The notes: generated by a model from the sequence alone, not told the origin. A stretch of DNA of 64,000 nucleotides from an uncultured delta proteobacterium (GCA_963823335.1 CAWGLD010000001.1:1760001-1824000); one strand, 5' to 3'. Numbered from the stretch's first letter, positions 29,913 through 40,712 are shown. Made by a program: numbers and translations.

Positions 29913-30569
29913 ATGAAATCAAATCAGGAGAATGCTTCCGGTGACATGCCCCAACCTGGTCTGGTCCTGATCCTTAACGTCGATGACGATTCTAAATTCG
30001 TAAGCCTGCTCAATGGGGGGTTCATGATCAAGGCCCGGATGGGGGAATCGGTGCAGGCACTCCTTTGTGATCGACTTGGTCTGGACAAATCTTATTTCGA
30101 TGAACGGATTCAAACACTTTTTCTGAACAGCAAGCCTGTGGATGACCCTGCAACGGCAGCTGTCAAAAACAACGCCGTTCTGGCGCTTTCGGCTGCCATG
30201 CCGGGTCTTGTGGGAGCGACCTTCAGGAAAGGGGGCAAGTACCGCTGGATGCGCGGCAGTATTTCCCACCCCGATGACGGTGAGATGACCACCGGAAAGA
30301 CCGGCTGGGTAACGGTGAAGCTTTTCAACCTGATCCTGAAGGAGCTGGGGCCTTTTTTTCTGGAAGCGGGCATCTGGTTAAAGGGAGATACGATTCAGGC
30401 CTTTTTCGCGGAGCGGGCCGGCAGTCTGGCTGACGTGATCCAGTCCGCCTTATGGAACGGCCGGGAAATTATCCCGTCCGCCATTTTGGAAATCGAGTGG
30501 CCTGATGCACCCATATTCATTAAGATTGTTAACTCAACTTTCAGGATTCAGCGACCGCAAAATGAATAA
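29913..30569 (+). CDS. hypothetical protein with ubiquitin/MoaD-like segment
   Basis: RIQTLFLNSKPVDD...LALSAAMPGLVGA; follows aor. Confidence 0.7.
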   Translation: MKSNQENASGDMPQPGLVLILNVDDDSKFVSLLNGGFMIKARMGESVQALLCDRLGLDKSYFDERIQTLFLNSKPVDDPATAAVKNNAVLALSAAMPGLVGATFRKGGKYRWMRGSISHPDDGEMTTGKTGWVTVKLFNLILKELGPFFLEAGIWLKGDTIQAFFAERAGSLADVIQSALWNGREIIPSAILEIEWPDAPIFIKIVNSTFRIQRPQNE

Positions 30570-30791
30570 TCCCCTGGCGCTTTGCGAACTCGCCGCAAGG
30601 GCTCCTAACATCAGCGCCGGCCATATAATTAAGCAGGAATTCTTACTAAATGACCATGTTTTCATATTGGATTGTTCATTATCATGCGCTGATGTAAGGT
30701 GCCCTAATTGGCTCAAACAGCGCAAATCGCCATTGGATCACCCATTTCGCTCTATCTATGGTGAAAACCGAAAGTTGAGTTGTTAACCCGA

Positions 30792-30828
30792 AATAAAAAA
30801 GGTTGCCGAGAAGGCAACCTTTTTTATT
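30792..30828. terminator. bidirectional terminator
   Basis: AATAAAAAAGGTTGCC-GAGAA-GGCAACCTTTTTTATT between convergent genes. Confidence 0.85.
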
Positions 30829-30872
30829 AAAAAGCGGCAACGCCGCGTCTCATAAAATTTCGGCACGAAATT

Positions 30873-32051
30873 TTATTCGCATAACTCAAACAACGCGGCA
30901 GCACCCATACCCCCGCCGATACACATGGATTCCACACCGTAGCGGGCACCTTTTTTACGCATATTGGTCAAAAGGGTCGCGCATAGTTTGGCACCGGTAC
31001 ATCCCAGGGGGTGACCCAGGGCGATGGCCCCCCCATGAATATTCACCTTGTCCATGTCGATACCGAGTTCCCGGGTGCAGTAGATAGCCTGGGAGGCGAA
31101 GGCCTCGTTGATTTCAAAAAGTCCTATGTCGCTTATTTCCAACCCAGCCAGTTTGAGCAGCTTGGGAATGGCCACCAGGGGGCCGACGCCCATCTCGTCC
31201 GGGTGACAGCCTGCGGTCGCATAGCAGAGAAATTTTGCCACCGGTTTCAGACCTAGCTCCTGGATTTTTTCCTGGCTCGCCAGAATAGTGGCTGCAGCCC
31301 CGTCTGTCATCTGCGACGAGTTGCCGGCCGTTACAGAGCCGTCAGCAGAAAAAGCAGGTCTCAATTTTGCAAGGCCCTCGGCTGTAGTGGAATCCCGAAT
31401 GCCGTCATCATGATCCTGGATAAAGGTTTCCTTGCGAAACGTGCCGTTTTTTTCCTGGACGAAGCGCGCGGCCGGGGTCGGCACGATTTCCGTAAACCAC
31501 TTGTTTGCCCGCGCTGCGGCAGCCTTCTGCTGGGAGAGGGCCGCAAATTCATCCTGCTGCTTCCTGGTGACATTGTATCGCTTGGCCACATTCTCGGCCG
31601 TCAGCCCCATGGAAATATATAGCTCTGACTGTGTTTTGGCGAATGTCGGGTGTGGCCGCGGTATGGATCCGCCCATGGGGACATAGGTCATGGACTCGAC
31701 ACCCCCGCCAATGGTCACATCCGCCCATCCCGCCTGTACTTTCAACGCGGCCAGGGCAATGGCTTCCAGACCGGATGAACAGAACCGGTTCACTGTGGCA
31801 CCGGTCACCTCGTTGGGAAAACCTGCCATCTGGGATGCAAGACGGCCGATATTGAGCCCCTGCTCCGCCTCCGGAAAAGAGCATCCGATCATGATGTCGT
31901 CAACATCCTTTTTCTCGAGGTTTTCTGTTTTGTCGACAGCGGCAGCCAGAATAAAGGAGAGAAGATCATCGGGTCTCGTGTCCTTGAAGGCGCCTTTGTT
32001 CCGTCTGCACCCGGGTGTTCTCACGGATGTCACTATATAGGAATCTTTCAT
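30873..32051 (-). CDS. acetyl-CoA acyltransferase (thiolase)
   Basis: NRFCSSG, NEAFA, GHPLG, MCIGGG. Confidence 0.96.
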   Translation of the reverse strand: MKDSYIVTSVRTPGCRRNKGAFKDTRPDDLLSFILAAAVDKTENLEKKDVDDIMIGCSFPEAEQGLNIGRLASQMAGFPNEVTGATVNRFCSSGLEAIALAALKVQAGWADVTIGGGVESMTYVPMGGSIPRPHPTFAKTQSELYISMGLTAENVAKRYNVTRKQQDEFAALSQQKAAAARANKWFTEIVPTPAARFVQEKNGTFRKETFIQDHDDGIRDSTTAEGLAKLRPAFSADGSVTAGNSSQMTDGAAATILASQEKIQELGLKPVAKFLCYATAGCHPDEMGVGPLVAIPKLLKLAGLEISDIGLFEINEAFASQAIYCTRELGIDMDKVNIHGGAIALGHPLGCTGAKLCATLLTNMRKKGARYGVESMCIGGGMGAAALFELCE

Positions 32052-32132
32052 TTTTTATCCTCCTTGAATAAAATCGCTTCTGCGATTTTATGTGCAGCGG
32101 CGTATGCCGCTGATGTTATTCTTTTAAAGGTT

Positions 32133-34541
32133 TCAATTCCTGAGAGGTTTGCCTGTTTTGAGCATGTGATCGATCCTGGCCAGGGTCTTTTCTTCTTTCA
32201 GCAGATCGATGAAGGCCTCTCTTTCCAGCGTCAGGATGACGTCTTCCTCGATGGTGCTGTTGGCACGCACGTTGCCGCCGGTCATGACATAGGCGATCCG
32301 TTTGAGAACAAAAGCATCGTATTCACTGATGTAGCCGGCTCTCTGCATGTCTGCTATCTGTGTATTGGCCATTCCCTGGGCAGCTTCTCCCAGAACTTTT
32401 ATCTTTCGTTTGACCGGGGGCGCGTACCCTGCGTCCACCATTCTCAGCACTTCCTTTTTCGATTCTCCCACCAGATAATCACGGTTGAAGATAATCCGGT
32501 CCGTGGGATTCAGAAAGCCGTTGGCCCTTGCCTCGGCAGCGGACATGGAGACTTTGGCCATGCCAATGGCCATAAAAGCCGGTATAAAAAATCGTGTCAG
32601 GTCGACCTCTCCTGCGGCTGCCTCAGGAATCGAATCCACAAAATTTCGCCACAAGGCCAGGCATCCCCCGCCGGCAGGCAGGAGGCCGACACCGAATTCA
32701 ACCAGACCCATGAAAAGATCACTATGGGCCACGACCCGGTCTGAGGCCAGGCAGATCTCACACCCACCACCCAGGGCCAGACCATAGGGTGCCGCAACAA
32801 CGGGAAAAGGCGCATAGCGGGCCTTCATGAGACCGTACTGGAGGTCCTTGATCATCTGTTCGATTTCCCCAAAGCGGTTTTCCGTCACCGCCTGTCTCAC
32901 GGCAGTCAGATCGGCCCCGGCTGAAAACGCACCCGGCATACCGCCGGCCTGGTTGCCGATCACGAGTCCGACCCCGTTATTATCGACAAAATCGATGGCT
33001 GAGTGGAGCGCCTGGATAATATCCTGGTTCAGGGAATTCATCTTGGAGTGAAACTCGAGACAGAAAACACCATTGCCCAGATCCACGAGGGATGCATGCT
33101 CATTGGATTGAGCCACTTTGCCATCCGCCTTCAAGCCTGCCAGGGAAATGATATTGGCACTCACCTGAACGGGTTTGTATTCACCGGAGGCAAAATCGTA
33201 GAAAAGACGCTGGCCCTGCTCTGTTTTATAAAATGAGGTATGACCGGCTGTTAGCATTTTGCTGATATTTTCGGGGATGAGAAATCCATCCTTTTTCATT
33301 TTCTGCACTGATTTGACAAGATCGATGGCATCCCAGGTCTCGAATGGGCCCATTTCAAAGTTGAATCCCCATTTCATGGCATTATCGATTTCGACGATGG
33401 TGTTCGAAATTTCAGGGATCCTGTTGGCCGAGTATACCAGGTTGCTGGCAACAGCCTTCCAGGCAAAGCGTGCCCCGTTATCGGTACCATACATGACGGC
33501 ATTGATCTTGTCGGATAGGGTCTTGGCTTTGCGGGCTTCTGCCAGACAGGGGAAATCAGGGGTCTCGTAAGCAGCATATTCCAGGGTTGACGGGTCGATA
33601 ACCTTGCGAATCTTCTGCCATTCCGGTGTCAAGTCTGTTTTATAAAACCCTTTCTGGGTTTTCTTACCCAACAGGTTGTTCTTGAGCATGCGGGTCGCGA
33701 ATTCAGGAATCTGAAAACTGTCCCTGTCTTCGTCGTCCGTTACCAGCTCATAGGTGTTCCCAGCCACATGACTCAGAATGTCAAGTCCTACCAGATCGGC
33801 AGTTTTGAACATAGCGGTCTTGGGGCGTCCCATGACCGGGCCGAAGAGCGCATCGACTTCCGGAATGCTCAATCCTTCTTCCAGCATCAATTTCATGGCT
33901 TTGACCATGCCGTGAATACCGATCCGGTTACCAACGAAATTGGGGGTGTCTTTGGCCCACACAATGCCTTTGCCGAGAATCCGTTCGCCAAAGTCCGCCA
34001 TAAAATCGAGGACATCCCTGTGGGTTTCTTCACCCGGAATAATCTCGAGCAGTTTCATATAGCGGACGGGGTTGAAAAAATGGGTTCCAAGAAAATGCTG
34101 TTTGAATTCCTGGGAACGCCCTTGGGACATGGCTTTCAAGGGTATACCGGAGGTGTTGGAGGAAACGATGGTTCCTGGTTTCCGGATCCCCTCGAGACGC
34201 TCGAACAGCTGATGTTTGACGGCCAGATTTTCGACGACGACTTCGATAATCCAGTCGCATGTGGATATTTGGTCAAAATCGTCTTCGAGGTTGCCGATGG
34301 TGATAAGATCCAGATCTTTCGTCTGCATGAGAAGTGCCGGTCTGGCTGCGGCAATGTTATCGAGGCCTGCCTTTGCGATTCTGTTGCGGGCTTCAGGGTT
34401 CTTTTTCTCATCGTCGTTCAGGTTGGGCGGAACGATATCCAGCAACAGCGTTTTGATGCCGGCACCTGCCAGCAGCGCGGCGATGCCCCCTCCCATGACG
34501 CCTGAGCCGATAACAACGGCTTTTCTGACTTTTCTTTGCAT
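32133..34541 (-). CDS. 3-hydroxyacyl-CoA dehydrogenase/enoyl-CoA hydratase (FadN-type)
   Basis: GSGVMG, HFFNPVRYM, FSAGADL, LGGGCE, end TGKPLRN. Confidence 0.95.
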   Translation of the reverse strand: MQRKVRKAVVIGSGVMGGGIAALLAGAGIKTLLLDIVPPNLNDDEKKNPEARNRIAKAGLDNIAAARPALLMQTKDLDLITIGNLEDDFDQISTCDWIIEVVVENLAVKHQLFERLEGIRKPGTIVSSNTSGIPLKAMSQGRSQEFKQHFLGTHFFNPVRYMKLLEIIPGEETHRDVLDFMADFGERILGKGIVWAKDTPNFVGNRIGIHGMVKAMKLMLEEGLSIPEVDALFGPVMGRPKTAMFKTADLVGLDILSHVAGNTYELVTDDEDRDSFQIPEFATRMLKNNLLGKKTQKGFYKTDLTPEWQKIRKVIDPSTLEYAAYETPDFPCLAEARKAKTLSDKINAVMYGTDNGARFAWKAVASNLVYSANRIPEISNTIVEIDNAMKWGFNFEMGPFETWDAIDLVKSVQKMKKDGFLIPENISKMLTAGHTSFYKTEQGQRLFYDFASGEYKPVQVSANIISLAGLKADGKVAQSNEHASLVDLGNGVFCLEFHSKMNSLNQDIIQALHSAIDFVDNNGVGLVIGNQAGGMPGAFSAGADLTAVRQAVTENRFGEIEQMIKDLQYGLMKARYAPFPVVAAPYGLALGGGCEICLASDRVVAHSDLFMGLVEFGVGLLPAGGGCLALWRNFVDSIPEAAAGEVDLTRFFIPAFMAIGMAKVSMSAAEARANGFLNPTDRIIFNRDYLVGESKKEVLRMVDAGYAPPVKRKIKVLGEAAQGMANTQIADMQRAGYISEYDAFVLKRIAYVMTGGNVRANSTIEEDVILTLEREAFIDLLKEEKTLARIDHMLKTGKPLRN

Positions 34542-34648
34542 GGTTTCCTCCTGGTTATGGTGGTCTGTACAGGTTTCCGATGGCGGGTCTCGGGTCCAAA
34601 TGCGTGCAAACAGATTGGTTCTGCCAAGGCGCCCCATCCATTGGAACT

Positions 34649-34670
34649 AAAATGAATGAACATTCATTTT
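34649..34670. promoter_or_regulatory. palindromic operator upstream of beta-oxidation operon
   Basis: AAAATGAAT-GAAC-ATTCATTTT; second ATGAAT-N4-ATTCAT at 34824-34839. Confidence 0.65.
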
Positions 34671-34954
34671 ACTTAACAGAGAGTCAGGGGCCGTGTCAAG
34701 GGGTATTCATAGTTATTGTGAATTAATAAAAAAATAATAATAACAAATAATTGAATTGATTTAGTCTAATTTTTCGAATATTGACAACACGCATCCGACA
34801 GCTATGATGAGGTCATAAACAGAATGAATATAAATTCATAAAAAGAACCGCAATAATCAGGGTCGAAAAGATAGGTTTGTCGAGGTGCGAGACTTTTCAG
34901 CTTATTTGAGGGTGCAGGGCAGGGAAACGGTTGCAGGCACGGCCGCCATTCCCA

Positions 34955-35003
34955 GAAAAAAAGGCAGCCGGTCTACTCGCGATAAAAGCAGATCCGGCTG
35001 CCA
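34955..35003 (-). terminator. terminator downstream of HU gene
   Basis: GGCAGCCGG/CCGGCTGCC stem with a T run on the minus strand. Confidence 0.7.
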
Positions 35004-35039
35004 TTGATGTCTGGTCTGTCAACTGTTTACAAAGGGCGT

Positions 35040-35312
35040 CTAAACAGCTTCACTCAGTTTTTTTCCGGCGGAGAATTTGACCACATTTTTACCCTTGATT
35101 TTGATGACCTCACCTGTCTGTGGATTGCGACCTTTACGGGTTTTGCGGTAGATTTTTTTAAATGTTCCAAAACCTACAAGTGTGACCTTGCCGTTTTTCT
35201 TTTTCAACGCCTTGGTGACGTTGTCCACAAATGAATTGAGTGCTACCCCGGCCGCAGCCTTGGATATGCCGGCATCCTTTGCAATGTTTTCGATGAGTTC
35301 TGCTTTTGTCAT
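35040..35312 (-). CDS. hup: HU DNA-binding protein
   Basis: MTKAELI, VTLVGFGTF, RKGRNPQTGE. Confidence 0.93.
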   Translation of the reverse strand: MTKAELIENIAKDAGISKAAAGVALNSFVDNVTKALKKKNGKVTLVGFGTFKKIYRKTRKGRNPQTGEVIKIKGKNVVKFSAGKKLSEAV

Positions 35313-35411
35313 ATTCCTCCCCCTTTTATTTACGTTAATGGATAAGCCCCTTGTTCATGGCGATTTATAGCATTCATAGGCGAAAGTCAAGGGTCAAGTG
35401 TGCGTAAGCCC

Positions 35412-38400
35412 TTAAACCAAGGGTTTTGTGTCTGCCAGACCGGCCAGAATTGCTTCACCACTTTTTTCGGCGGATTTTCCGAACAACTCGTCCATCTCCA
35501 GATGTTGCAGATAGCTGTCTTTCCAGGGGACACTGTTTTCCATGACAATGTTTTTAATATGCTCATACTTACCGCCGAGTGCCTTGATTATAATGGGCAA
35601 GGGTACATTCTCACGAAAAGAGATATTCAGAAGCAGGAGGTTTTCGATGATGTTGGGTCTGTCGGAAGATGTTGAAATAGCCGGAATTACAAGGATGCTG
35701 CGGTCGTCCTTACGCCCTTTTCCAATGTAGACGTTTCCTTTTTGAACAATGATACGCTTGGTACCCTTGAGAGCCGTATCGGTTTCAACACGGGAAGGGA
35801 TCTGTTTCAACACACCTTTTTTCTCCAGCACTTCGATGGTGGTTTCATCCGTGAGTTCGCTCAACAGGTTCAGCTTGTTGATTTGGTAAAGTATGGATCC
35901 ACCAATGTCCGCAACGATCTCCTGCAGATTTCTCAAAACGAGAACATTGTTGGGAGTGATCTGGGAGATGAGGATGTCGTGCTCGGTCAGAGAGTCGAAC
36001 AGGAGCCCCTTGATTTTTTCACTGATGCGGCTGGTTCCTACGGTCACCGTTTTTGCCTGGTGCTTGATGGCATCGATGGGCCGGGACATGGTATTGATGG
36101 AGTCACTGATGATCGTGAAAAACGTATTAATCATGTTCAATGCCGTACCCTTGACACCAAAATCGAGTTCAAAGTCGGGCAGGGGAAGCTTACCGGATAG
36201 GTATTTCAACAGGAGTGTCAGGTCAGAGGCCATGGCTATGGACACGGGAAAGCGATGCTTTTGTTTTTTATCTCGAAATTCCTGGTAAAATTTCGCGATT
36301 GTTTCCCGGAATGATTTTTCGAGGATCACCTCGTAGACATCCATTCCCTGGGCGGCCTTCTGGTCGATGGTTTCCTTGATCTGTTCACGAAAGGTGTGCA
36401 GAAACTTGGACCCTTCGTTGATGGCCAGAGCAGCATAATACCCCCAGAGATGACCCACGAGGGTGTTCAGGATAGGTGCCAGGTGCTCGCTGGTGACGGG
36501 GACGTGGAATATGTCTTCTGCATAGGGATCGAATCGTGATTCCCCTTCATCGGCGATGACGATGGGTGTCGCCTTGTGAGCCTTGAATATGGCGGTGTCT
36601 TTGATGATATCGCTGACGACCGTACTCTTGGCGCCGGCCGCACACACAATTATCAGGGGCTCTGATGAGAGGTCGATATGTTTTTTGTCCTCGACATAGT
36701 CCGAGGAGATGGTCTTGTAACAGAGTTCACTCAGCTTGATCCTGATTTCATCGGCGGAAGCCTTGTTGGGTCCGCTTCCCACGGCAGCCCAGTAGGTTTT
36801 TGTGGCTGCAAGCCTACGGGCGGAGTTTTCGATAGCCTCTGCCTGGCCGAGGATTTTTTTCATGTGGGTCGGCAGCTCGAGCAGCTTCTTGATTTCTTCA
36901 GTCACGAAAGCGATATCCCGGCGACCGGTTGCGGCAGCCATATGGAGCCCCAGCACTGCACCGGCCGCGATTTGTGAATAAAAAGCCTTTGTCGAGGCTA
37001 CCGACATCTCGATGTCGCGGCCGCTGCTGGTGTACATGACCCCCTCGACTTTAAAGGTAATATCGGAATCCCGGCGGTTGACGATGGCCAGCGTTCTGGC
37101 GCCGCGCCCTCGGACCATATCGACAGTGCGGTTGGTATCAGCGGTTGTTCCTGACTGGCTGATGGCGATTACCAGTGTATCCGACATACTGTCGGGGCGG
37201 TCGTGTTCACTCATCTTAAACCCGCTCAGTTCCGATGCTTTCAGGGCGTCAATAAAAATTCTCGAATCATTCAGGTAGTGATTCAGGATGTTGGCGCAGG
37301 CTTGCGCGGCAATCCCCGCTGTGCCCTGGCCGATAAAATAGATTCTTTGTATCTTGTTGCAGCGCAGGGCTTCGATAATTGACGCGTTCAACACGCTGCT
37401 GTCCAGTACAGTGGTGTATTGTTCGTTTCCGGTCAGTTTCCAGCGGTTGTGGAGTGTTTTTTCAATGGAGGCGGGGGATTCTGAAATTTCCTTCAAAAAA
37501 TAATGAGGGAAAGACTGCCGGTCGATATCCCTGGGCGTAATGGCGGTTCGCTTGACGTCGGATTCCCCGAGTTCTATGGCTGAGCCGTCATAGGCCATGG
37601 CTTCGATCCCGTCCAGGCCTCCGGATGAGTTCTGGTCCAGAATGAAAATCTGCCCCTGCACATCCCCATGCTTGCCCCGGATTATTTTTTCGCCGTCCAG
37701 TTTCAGGTAATGGGGTGTTTCTTCGACAAACCCGTAGACTTCCGATGACGGTATATAACGATCTTCTGAAAGACCTACAAAGATGGCCTGGCCGCTGCCC
37801 CGCTGGCCCAGAAACAGTTTGCCCGGGGCCAGGTTGGTGTGCATGGAAATGGCATGAGAGCCCTTGAAATCGTTCAAGGCCCGGCGAAACGCCTCAGCCA
37901 CCGGAGCGCCTTTCTGGAGATACTTCTGGATTTGCAGGGGGATGACCTTGGTGTCGGTCGAGATATCTTCCTGGATCACGGCACCCGATTTTAGAAGCGC
38001 TTCTTTGATTTCCAGATAATTGTCGATGTCGCCGTTGAGACAGGCATGGACAATACCCCTGGCAGCAAGATTGTTTCCCTCCGGTATATTGTCCATGGGA
38101 TGGCAGTTTGATTCAGTAATGGCGCCCACGGAAGCCCAGCGTGTGTGGGATGATATGGTGTAGTTCACAGGTTCACAGGTTACTGCCCGCTGGAAAATGG
38201 GGTCTGTTTTGATCTGGTGACGCAAATAGGAAACATTGTCTCCAAGACTACCGATTTCAGCGGCAATTTTGAAAGTGAAAGCCAGGGCGACGCAGTCACT
38301 TTGGGTCGGATCTGTCTGTATGCTTCCGTTGGACAGGATATTGCGTGAAGATCTGTCGGTAAAGGCTTCCAGCAGGCCGTCGTGATCGATAATTTTGTGC

Positions 38401-39167
38401 AGGTCTTGCCAGTCCTTTGCACCCAACAGGAGCATGACGGAGATGCCGGCCGAATCTCTTCCACGAACCTCCAAGCGGTCGATACTGTTGAAGACAGCGT
38501 TGATTTCCCGAAATATCTTGATACAAAATGGTGAGGCCATGCCCGCAGGGTAGGAGATGAGGCCCTCGATCTTATGAATATTTCCGACAATTTCGGTCTT
38601 GATGGACCAGTGAATGTCTTTCAAAATCTCGAGGGAATCCGTGATCGTCTCGACCTCACCCGGTGAAAGATGACCGATCTGTAGAGATAGTTCAACAGAT
38701 TCTCCATCAATGACGGTCTGGATCTTTTTGGCAAGTTCCAGAAGTTCCTCCAGGACATCCCTGTGAGTGAAGACATGCAGGAAAGTATCGGTCTGCTTGA
38801 GCTGTTGAACCTGGTCGTGGAGAGATGTCAGAAGCGCTTTTCCGCCCAAGTAGTGAATCTTTCCGGCAAGTTTTTCCCGGGCACACTGAACGATGGTTTT
38901 CTGTTCAAGTGACCGGATCTGATCTTTCAAACCGGGTATATCCACTCTTAGGCCCGATGTCTGCTTTGATTTAATAGAAACGATTCCTGTCAGTCCGCAG
39001 GACAGTCTGTTTGGAAAATAGGGAAAGAATACCAGGGAACCCGGGGGGACCCTGTTGGGATTTCGGCCAAAATAGACCTGTCGATGTAACATGGCACCGA
39101 GGGCGCTCTGCCGATTGTTGTGTCTGCTTTTCGTTTGGGAGCGAACGTCATGTTTCATGCTTGCCAT
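35412..39167 (-). CDS. giant GlmS-like amidotransferase/SIS protein
   Basis: CGLTG, RGRDSAG, HTRWAS, NCHP, NGDIDN, ISQSGTTADT, VASTK; 1251 aa. Confidence 0.85.
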   Translation of the reverse strand: MASMKHDVRSQTKSRHNNRQSALGAMLHRQVYFGRNPNRVPPGSLVFFPYFPNRLSCGLTGIVSIKSKQTSGLRVDIPGLKDQIRSLEQKTIVQCAREKLAGKIHYLGGKALLTSLHDQVQQLKQTDTFLHVFTHRDVLEELLELAKKIQTVIDGESVELSLQIGHLSPGEVETITDSLEILKDIHWSIKTEIVGNIHKIEGLISYPAGMASPFCIKIFREINAVFNSIDRLEVRGRDSAGISVMLLLGAKDWQDLHKIIDHDGLLEAFTDRSSRNILSNGSIQTDPTQSDCVALAFTFKIAAEIGSLGDNVSYLRHQIKTDPIFQRAVTCEPVNYTISSHTRWASVGAITESNCHPMDNIPEGNNLAARGIVHACLNGDIDNYLEIKEALLKSGAVIQEDISTDTKVIPLQIQKYLQKGAPVAEAFRRALNDFKGSHAISMHTNLAPGKLFLGQRGSGQAIFVGLSEDRYIPSSEVYGFVEETPHYLKLDGEKIIRGKHGDVQGQIFILDQNSSGGLDGIEAMAYDGSAIELGESDVKRTAITPRDIDRQSFPHYFLKEISESPASIEKTLHNRWKLTGNEQYTTVLDSSVLNASIIEALRCNKIQRIYFIGQGTAGIAAQACANILNHYLNDSRIFIDALKASELSGFKMSEHDRPDSMSDTLVIAISQSGTTADTNRTVDMVRGRGARTLAIVNRRDSDITFKVEGVMYTSSGRDIEMSVASTKAFYSQIAAGAVLGLHMAAATGRRDIAFVTEEIKKLLELPTHMKKILGQAEAIENSARRLAATKTYWAAVGSGPNKASADEIRIKLSELCYKTISSDYVEDKKHIDLSSEPLIIVCAAGAKSTVVSDIIKDTAIFKAHKATPIVIADEGESRFDPYAEDIFHVPVTSEHLAPILNTLVGHLWGYYAALAINEGSKFLHTFREQIKETIDQKAAQGMDVYEVILEKSFRETIAKFYQEFRDKKQKHRFPVSIAMASDLTLLLKYLSGKLPLPDFELDFGVKGTALNMINTFFTIISDSINTMSRPIDAIKHQAKTVTVGTSRISEKIKGLLFDSLTEHDILISQITPNNVLVLRNLQEIVADIGGSILYQINKLNLLSELTDETTIEVLEKKGVLKQIPSRVETDTALKGTKRIIVQKGNVYIGKGRKDDRSILVIPAISTSSDRPNIIENLLLLNISFRENVPLPIIIKALGGKYEHIKNIVMENSVPWKDSYLQHLEMDELFGKSAEKSGEAILAGLADTKPLV

Positions 39168-39358
39168 CCTTTGAGCGTATTTCCAAAGTCTTCTTTTTTA
39201 CAACATCGGGTCGGCCGGATTTTTGACAGCTTCCCTGTCCGGGGGTTTTATTATACCTGTCACCAGGAAATCTGCAACCTCTTTCCAGGGATTGGACGGG
39301 TGGAGAATTCTCATACGCCGTCTGACGTCTCAAACGATACAGGTGCCATGATAACGGT

Positions 39359-40711
39359 TCAACCTGATTTTAAAAAATTTGCGTAGTATTTTTGAATAGC
39401 CATGCGGGCGTAAGCCGCTGCCCGGATGCCGATAAATTCTTCGTGGGCCACAACAACGGCAATGGCCATTTTCTTGTTGCCGTTTTTCAGATCGGCGAAA
39501 CCCACGAACCAGTCGTATCGCAAATCATGTTTCTGGTTATAGATAGAACCGGTTTTGCCGCCCAGGTTGCACTTTGATAGGACAGGATCTTTTTGGAAAC
39601 CCGTGAAGGCTTTTTTGGCCGTGCCATATCGGACGGTGGCTTCCATGAGGTCGTAGAGCACGCGCGACGCCCTGGGTGTAATGACCTGTTTCACTGGGCC
39701 CGGGCGGTTCTCGTAGAGAAGTTGACCGGACCCATCGGTGATTCGCTGGACGATTGTCGGCTTCACACCCTGGCCTTGATTGAGAATGACGGCAGGCAGC
39801 AATGCAGCATGAATAGCCGAAAGTGTGGTCTGCCGGTTGAAGCCACTGGCAATTTCAGCCCTGTGATAGGGCGTGTCGGTGATGTTGAAACGACTCGCCA
39901 AGAGGGGCAGTTCGAACTCGATTTCCGTGTTGAAACCGAAAGCCTCCGCACATGCCGACAGCTGATCCTTTTCAAGACTCAAAGCGCCGAGTTTGCCAAA
40001 AACAGGGTTGATGGATTTGGCAAAAGCTTCTTGGAATGTGGTGTGGTTGGTATAGCGGTTTTTTCGATCTTTGAGCTGGGTTTTGTAGAGCGTGTGTTGA
40101 CTGCCGTTGAACCTGAGTTTCGCGTTTGAATCAAGATTTTTTTGTTCGACGACGGCGGCGGCCGTGATAATTTTAAAGATACTTGCAGCAGGATAGGTGT
40201 TGTCAAGACAGGTATTGTTGTCAGGGTCGATTTTGTCGTAACCGGCCATCATGAGGATTTCACCACTGGCAGGATCCAGAGCGACTAACGCAATGTAACG
40301 TGAATTCTTGCGATCCAGTTTTCCCAGCATGTAGTCCTGCAGAGAGGGGTCGATGCTGGTGTCGAGATGAAGGGTCTTGTTCTGTCGTGTTACCTGGAAG
40401 GCGGCTTGCTTGAGATTGAGCAAAGATATGTCTTGCAAGAGCTGTTGGGCCACCTGTTTGTCGTTTTGCCGGGGAGCCTCTTCGGGCGAGGCAGTGGCCG
40501 CTTCTTTTGAAGTGTTTTTACCACTATCGTCCAACCAGCTGAAACACTGGACCAGACCGTAGAGTCCGATAAGGAGGACCAGCGTCATTATAACCAGCCG
40601 CAAAATTTTACGGAAAAGAGTTTTGCGGTTCCGGTTTCTCTGAAACAGACTCTGGTGGGTTTGCCATCCGGGCAAGGATGGGTTCCGGTTGTGGTTCCTG
40701 AGGATTTCCAT
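39359..40711 (-). CDS. penicillin-binding transpeptidase-domain protein
   Basis: TM anchor; SIFK, SIN, KTG motifs. Confidence 0.9.
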   Translation of the reverse strand: MEILRNHNRNPSLPGWQTHQSLFQRNRNRKTLFRKILRLVIMTLVLLIGLYGLVQCFSWLDDSGKNTSKEAATASPEEAPRQNDKQVAQQLLQDISLLNLKQAAFQVTRQNKTLHLDTSIDPSLQDYMLGKLDRKNSRYIALVALDPASGEILMMAGYDKIDPDNNTCLDNTYPAASIFKIITAAAVVEQKNLDSNAKLRFNGSQHTLYKTQLKDRKNRYTNHTTFQEAFAKSINPVFGKLGALSLEKDQLSACAEAFGFNTEIEFELPLLASRFNITDTPYHRAEIASGFNRQTTLSAIHAALLPAVILNQGQGVKPTIVQRITDGSGQLLYENRPGPVKQVITPRASRVLYDLMEATVRYGTAKKAFTGFQKDPVLSKCNLGGKTGSIYNQKHDLRYDWFVGFADLKNGNKKMAIAVVVAHEEFIGIRAAAYARMAIQKYYANFLKSG

Positions 40712-40712
40712 A

